Assembly: GCA_963815115.1 (NCBI GenBank)
Contig: CAWFFN010000005.1
Span: 1,472,001-1,536,000 of the forward strand
Direction: 5' to 3'
Origin: an uncultured delta proteobacterium
Lineage (GTDB): Bacteria > Desulfobacterota > Binatia > DP-6
Length of the DNA stretch: 64,000 bases
Every line of letters starts with the position of its first letter. Position 1 is the first letter of the stretch. A program made the position numbers and the translations under genes. The notes beneath the pieces are model-generated. The model worked only from the letters and a program-made list of their open reading frames with translations. It was not told where the DNA came from and searched no databases. Positions 60,802-64,000 of the stretch are shown here, piece after piece.

Positions 60802-61695
60802 TCACTGACAGCAGCCGACCCAGCTGGTCGAGAAATTACACTGCAGGCTAGTCTGGAGCGGTCCGAGCACGCCGGTGGCGTTGGTGAGATCCACCTTCTG
60901 ACCGCGGGACATGGTGTGTGCCGTCGCGTATTCCCAGTTGAGCCCGGAGTTGACGTCGTCGTTGCACTGCTGGAGCGGGGGCTGCGACGAGTCGATCGCC
61001 CAGAAGGACGTGACCGTCTCGCCGGCAGTGTCCTTCCGGCCGACGAGGTCACCCGCCTTCGCCGCACTCTGCAGCTCGGCATACGTGCAAACATGGGTGC
61101 CGGGGAAATTCGTGCCGCACGCGGCGTTGGCCCCGGGAAGTCCCAGCGAATTGTTGTAGTTGAAGCGGCCGGCAGTGGCTGTCAGGGCGCCCTTCAGGAC
61201 GGCCCCGCCCGACGGAGGAGGGATGGTCGTGGTGGTCGTCGTCGTCGGCCCGGCGCACGTGCCATCGGCAGCACAGGCGTCGAACGTGCTGTAGAGACCC
61301 AGCAAGGCGCCGCAGGCGCTACCCTTCTTGCACGCCGTCGCCGAATTGACGATCGACGCCTTGACCTTGCCGTTCTTCTTGGCGACGCAGCACACCGCGG
61401 AGCTCAACTTGCCGCAGATGGACGAGTTCTCGCACTTCATGATGAGCTTGCGGCACGGCTTCTCGGGGATGATGGCGGTGAGGTCGGCGGCCATGAGGGT
61501 CTTCTTCACGCATTTCGCGTACGTTCCGTGCTTCTGACCCTCGCGGGTGCAGCCGCAGGTGGTCTGGATCACTCCTCGCGCCTGCTCGATGGCGCTGGCG
61601 TCGGTGCACTTCGCGCTGACGCATGCCGCGAAGGCGGGGGTCGCGAGAGCGGAGAGCAACAACGCGGCGAGGACTCCGCCGTACAAGCACTTCAT
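60802..61695 (-). CDS. Secreted Cys-rich protein with Thr linker and DUF1554/endostatin/C-type-lectin-like C-terminal domain
   Basis: GAGGAG RBS; signal peptide; Cys-rich N-domain; T7 linker; GLPGANAAC...HVCT.AEL...W. Confidence 0.75.
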   Translation of the reverse strand: MKCLYGGVLAALLLSALATPAFAACVSAKCTDASAIEQARGVIQTTCGCTREGQKHGTYAKCVKKTLMAADLTAIIPEKPCRKLIMKCENSSICGKLSSAVCCVAKKNGKVKASIVNSATACKKGSACGALLGLYSTFDACAADGTCAGPTTTTTTTIPPPSGGAVLKGALTATAGRFNYNNSLGLPGANAACGTNFPGTHVCTYAELQSAAKAGDLVGRKDTAGETVTSFWAIDSSQPPLQQCNDDVNSGLNWEYATAHTMSRGQKVDLTNATGVLGPLQTSLQCNFSTSWVGCCQ

Positions 61696-61898
61696 GGATC
61701 GCTCCTCGCCGAGATTCGTCGGCTGGCTGGCCTCCGAACCTCGGGCAGCAACGGGCAGGGTGAGTGGAGTTGAGGTGGGGGGCATCCGCGGGCGCACACA
61801 GCTGTCGCCAGCCACATACCAGAGTACCCGATTCCGACAAATCCCCCTGGATCGTCGCCCAGGGGGTCGTGGTAGCGCAGCTCCAGGGAGGTAACCCG

Positions 61899-63011
61899 CT
61901 ATCGCTGTACCGACGTCCGAAGCCTGGCTTCCAGGACCGGGGCCAGGATCTCCGCCATCTCGGCATTTCCCCGTGCATCGAGATGGATGGGATCCATGAA
62001 CATGTCAGGACGGAGCACGTCGGCACGATCGTTCAGGTCGAGCCAGGCGACACCCTCGCGACGGAGCTCGGTCTGCACCTGCTCGCGAAAGCGCGTGTAC
62101 CGGCTGGACGTGGCCCCCCACATGATATCGCCGTTGGGTTGGAGCACGCAGAGGAAGCTGGCGCCGAACGCTGCGGCGACGCGGGCCATCTTTACCTGGT
62201 TGCGGGCGTAGCGCGCCGCTATGCCGTTCAGGTCGTTGCGGCGGGTGGTGCCGTCACCCGCCGGGAGGTCTTCCGCCGCACCGAGAGGCGACGCGCCGAT
62301 CCGCCGCAGCGTGTACGCGAGCACGACGTCGGGCAGGTGCCGGAGTCGCACGTTGAGCGGTGCATACGAGAGCGCATGCAGTCGTTCGAGCGCCTCTTTC
62401 ATCTGCCGCGCTCCGTTCACGTCGGACCACGGTGTCGGCTCCTGCTGGATGGCCCAGAAGTCATTCCAACCGTCGAGCGTCACCACCTGATCGGGCTCGA
62501 GATCGACGAGCTCCGAGACCAGCAGAGCGAGCTCTTGACCCGAGCGGTGCCCGATGACGGCTGCATTCACGACCTCGGTATCCGGAAGCCGCTGCTCGAG
62601 CTGGGCCGCGAGGGCCTCGGCGTCGGACCCGAGGCCAGTGCCAAAGGCGGCGGAACCGCCCACCAGGACGACGCGGCGCCGATGCGGCTCCTTCGAGCCC
62701 AGCTCGGGACCACGGAACCCGAGGTGGTTGATCCTGAAGAACTGGGTGCTCTGATCCGGCAGGTTCACGCTACCGACGAGCGGGTGCAGCATGAGCTTGA
62801 GCAGCCCCCGCTGGCTCCCGATCGGATCGCCGGCGAACGTGTGGACCGACCAGGTGTAGAAGGGCCGCGCCCGCAGCGAGCGGGCTGCTTGCTTGTGGGC
62901 GTCGAGCAATTCGAACCCGACCTCCGCGACGATGAGCGCGAACATCAGAGAGGCGCCCGCAAGCAGCAGGTTGCCGAGCAGCTGGCGCCAGCGAGAGCGG
63001 CGTGCGTTCAT
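61899..63011 (-). CDS. SGNH/GDSL hydrolase-family membrane-anchored protein
   Basis: N-terminal TM; N.LGFRG, GGSAAFG, DGWND, DPIH...GN. Confidence 0.85.
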   Translation of the reverse strand: MNARRSRWRQLLGNLLLAGASLMFALIVAEVGFELLDAHKQAARSLRARPFYTWSVHTFAGDPIGSQRGLLKLMLHPLVGSVNLPDQSTQFFRINHLGFRGPELGSKEPHRRRVVLVGGSAAFGTGLGSDAEALAAQLEQRLPDTEVVNAAVIGHRSGQELALLVSELVDLEPDQVVTLDGWNDFWAIQQEPTPWSDVNGARQMKEALERLHALSYAPLNVRLRHLPDVVLAYTLRRIGASPLGAAEDLPAGDGTTRRNDLNGIAARYARNQVKMARVAAAFGASFLCVLQPNGDIMWGATSSRYTRFREQVQTELRREGVAWLDLNDRADVLRPDMFMDPIHLDARGNAEMAEILAPVLEARLRTSVQR

Positions 63012-63035
63012 CGGAAGACTGCCCCTCGAGGGAGG

Positions 63036-64000
63036 CTAGAACTCGATGCCCGCCACGCGATGCGGCACGTACGGCTCCTCGAGCCGCGCGATCTCGTCGG
63101 CGCTCAGCGACAGCTCCTCGGCTGCGAGGATGTCCTCGAGGTGCTCGATCCTCGTCGCGCCGACGATCGGCGCGGTGACGCCCGGCTTGTGCAGGAGCCA
63201 GGCGAGCGCGACCTGCGCCTTCGGGACCCCGCGCTCTGTTGCGACCTCGCCCGCGCGGTCGATCACCGGAAAATCGAGCTCGGGCCGGTAGAGCGCGTCG
63301 AGGAACGGGTCGGTGCTGGCGCGCTTCGTCAGCGCGTTCCCGGCGGCGGTCCGGCTTCCGGCCAGCAGTCCCCGCGCGAGCGGACTCCAGGGGATCACGC
63401 CGACGCCCTGGTCGAGGCACTGCGGGATCATCTCCCGCTCCTCCTCGCGATAGATCAGGTTGTAGTGGTTCTGCATCGAGACGAAGCGCGTGGCCGCAAG
63501 CCGCTGCGCCTTGGCGAACTGCCACGCGTACATGCTGCTCGCGCCGATGTAGCGCGCCTTGCCCGCCCTCACGACGTCGTGCAGCGCCTCCATCGTCTCC
63601 TCGATCGGGGTCCGCGGGTCCCAGCGGTGGATCTGGTACAGATCGACGTAGTCGAGCCCGAGCCGCTGCAACGACCCGTCGATCGAGGCCATGACGTGCT
63701 TGCGCGAGAGGCCACGGCCGTTCGCGCCGGGCATCGTGCGTCCGTGCACCTTGGTGGCGACGACGTACTCCTCGCGCATCCCGAAGAACCGTTTCAGCAG
63801 GCGCCCGGTGATGACCTCGCTCTGGCCGCCGTTGTAGACGTCGGCGGTGTCGAAGAACGTGATCCCGCCCTCGATGGCGCGCCGCACGATCGGCTCGGCG
63901 GCCGCCTCCTCGAGCGCCCACTGGCGGCTCTCGTGCTTGCCGAAGCTCATCATCCCGAGGCAGATGCGCGAGACGCGCAGCCCGGTGCTGCCGAGGTTCG
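63036..64000 (-). CDS. Aldo/keto reductase (start lies just outside the window)
   Basis: LGMMSFG, FDTADVY..G.SE, VATK, DLYQIHRWD, SMQNHYNL, PWSPLARG. Confidence 0.96.
   Translation of the reverse strand, partial: NLGSTGLRVSRICLGMMSFGKHESRQWALEEAAAEPIVRRAIEGGITFFDTADVYNGGQSEVITGRLLKRFFGMREEYVVATKVHGRTMPGANGRGLSRKHVMASIDGSLQRLGLDYVDLYQIHRWDPRTPIEETMEALHDVVRAGKARYIGASSMYAWQFAKAQRLAATRFVSMQNHYNLIYREEEREMIPQCLDQGVGVIPWSPLARGLLAGSRTAAGNALTKRASTDPFLDALYRPELDFPVIDRAGEVATERGVPKAQVALAWLLHKPGVTAPIVGATRIEHLEDILAAEELSLSADEIARLEEPYVPHRVAGIEF

Overview
Very high-GC bacterial sequence with many secreted Cys-rich proteins carrying poly-Thr linkers; this style suggests Candidatus Binatia/Deltaproteobacteria (inference). 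1-19 kb is a Wzy-dependent exopolysaccharide cluster (glycosyltransferases, sugar transferase, DegT aminotransferase, epimerase, Gfo/Idh/MocA, TIM-barrel isomerase, radical SAM, methyltransferase, wzy, wzc, wza, capD-like, ICMT-like, manC). It is heavily frameshifted, probably by read errors. 19.6-45 kb is accessory: a secreted clan-CD-like peptidase, two STAND ATPase regulators, a CLCA-like zinc metalloprotease with a ZU5-like partner, a tightly coupled 4-gene operon (DUF4157/eCIS-type leader protein, OB-fold protein, two YkgJ Cys-cluster proteins), a collagen-like protein, a second radical SAM, a truncated paralog, and two headless paralogous gene tails fused back-to-back. 45-64 kb holds metabolic and hydrolase genes plus a CEMIP/TMEM2-like G8 protein and an endostatin/C-type-lectin-like secreted protein. 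I saw no rRNA, tRNA, CRISPR array or transposase. All family calls are by-eye motif recognition; no searches were run.
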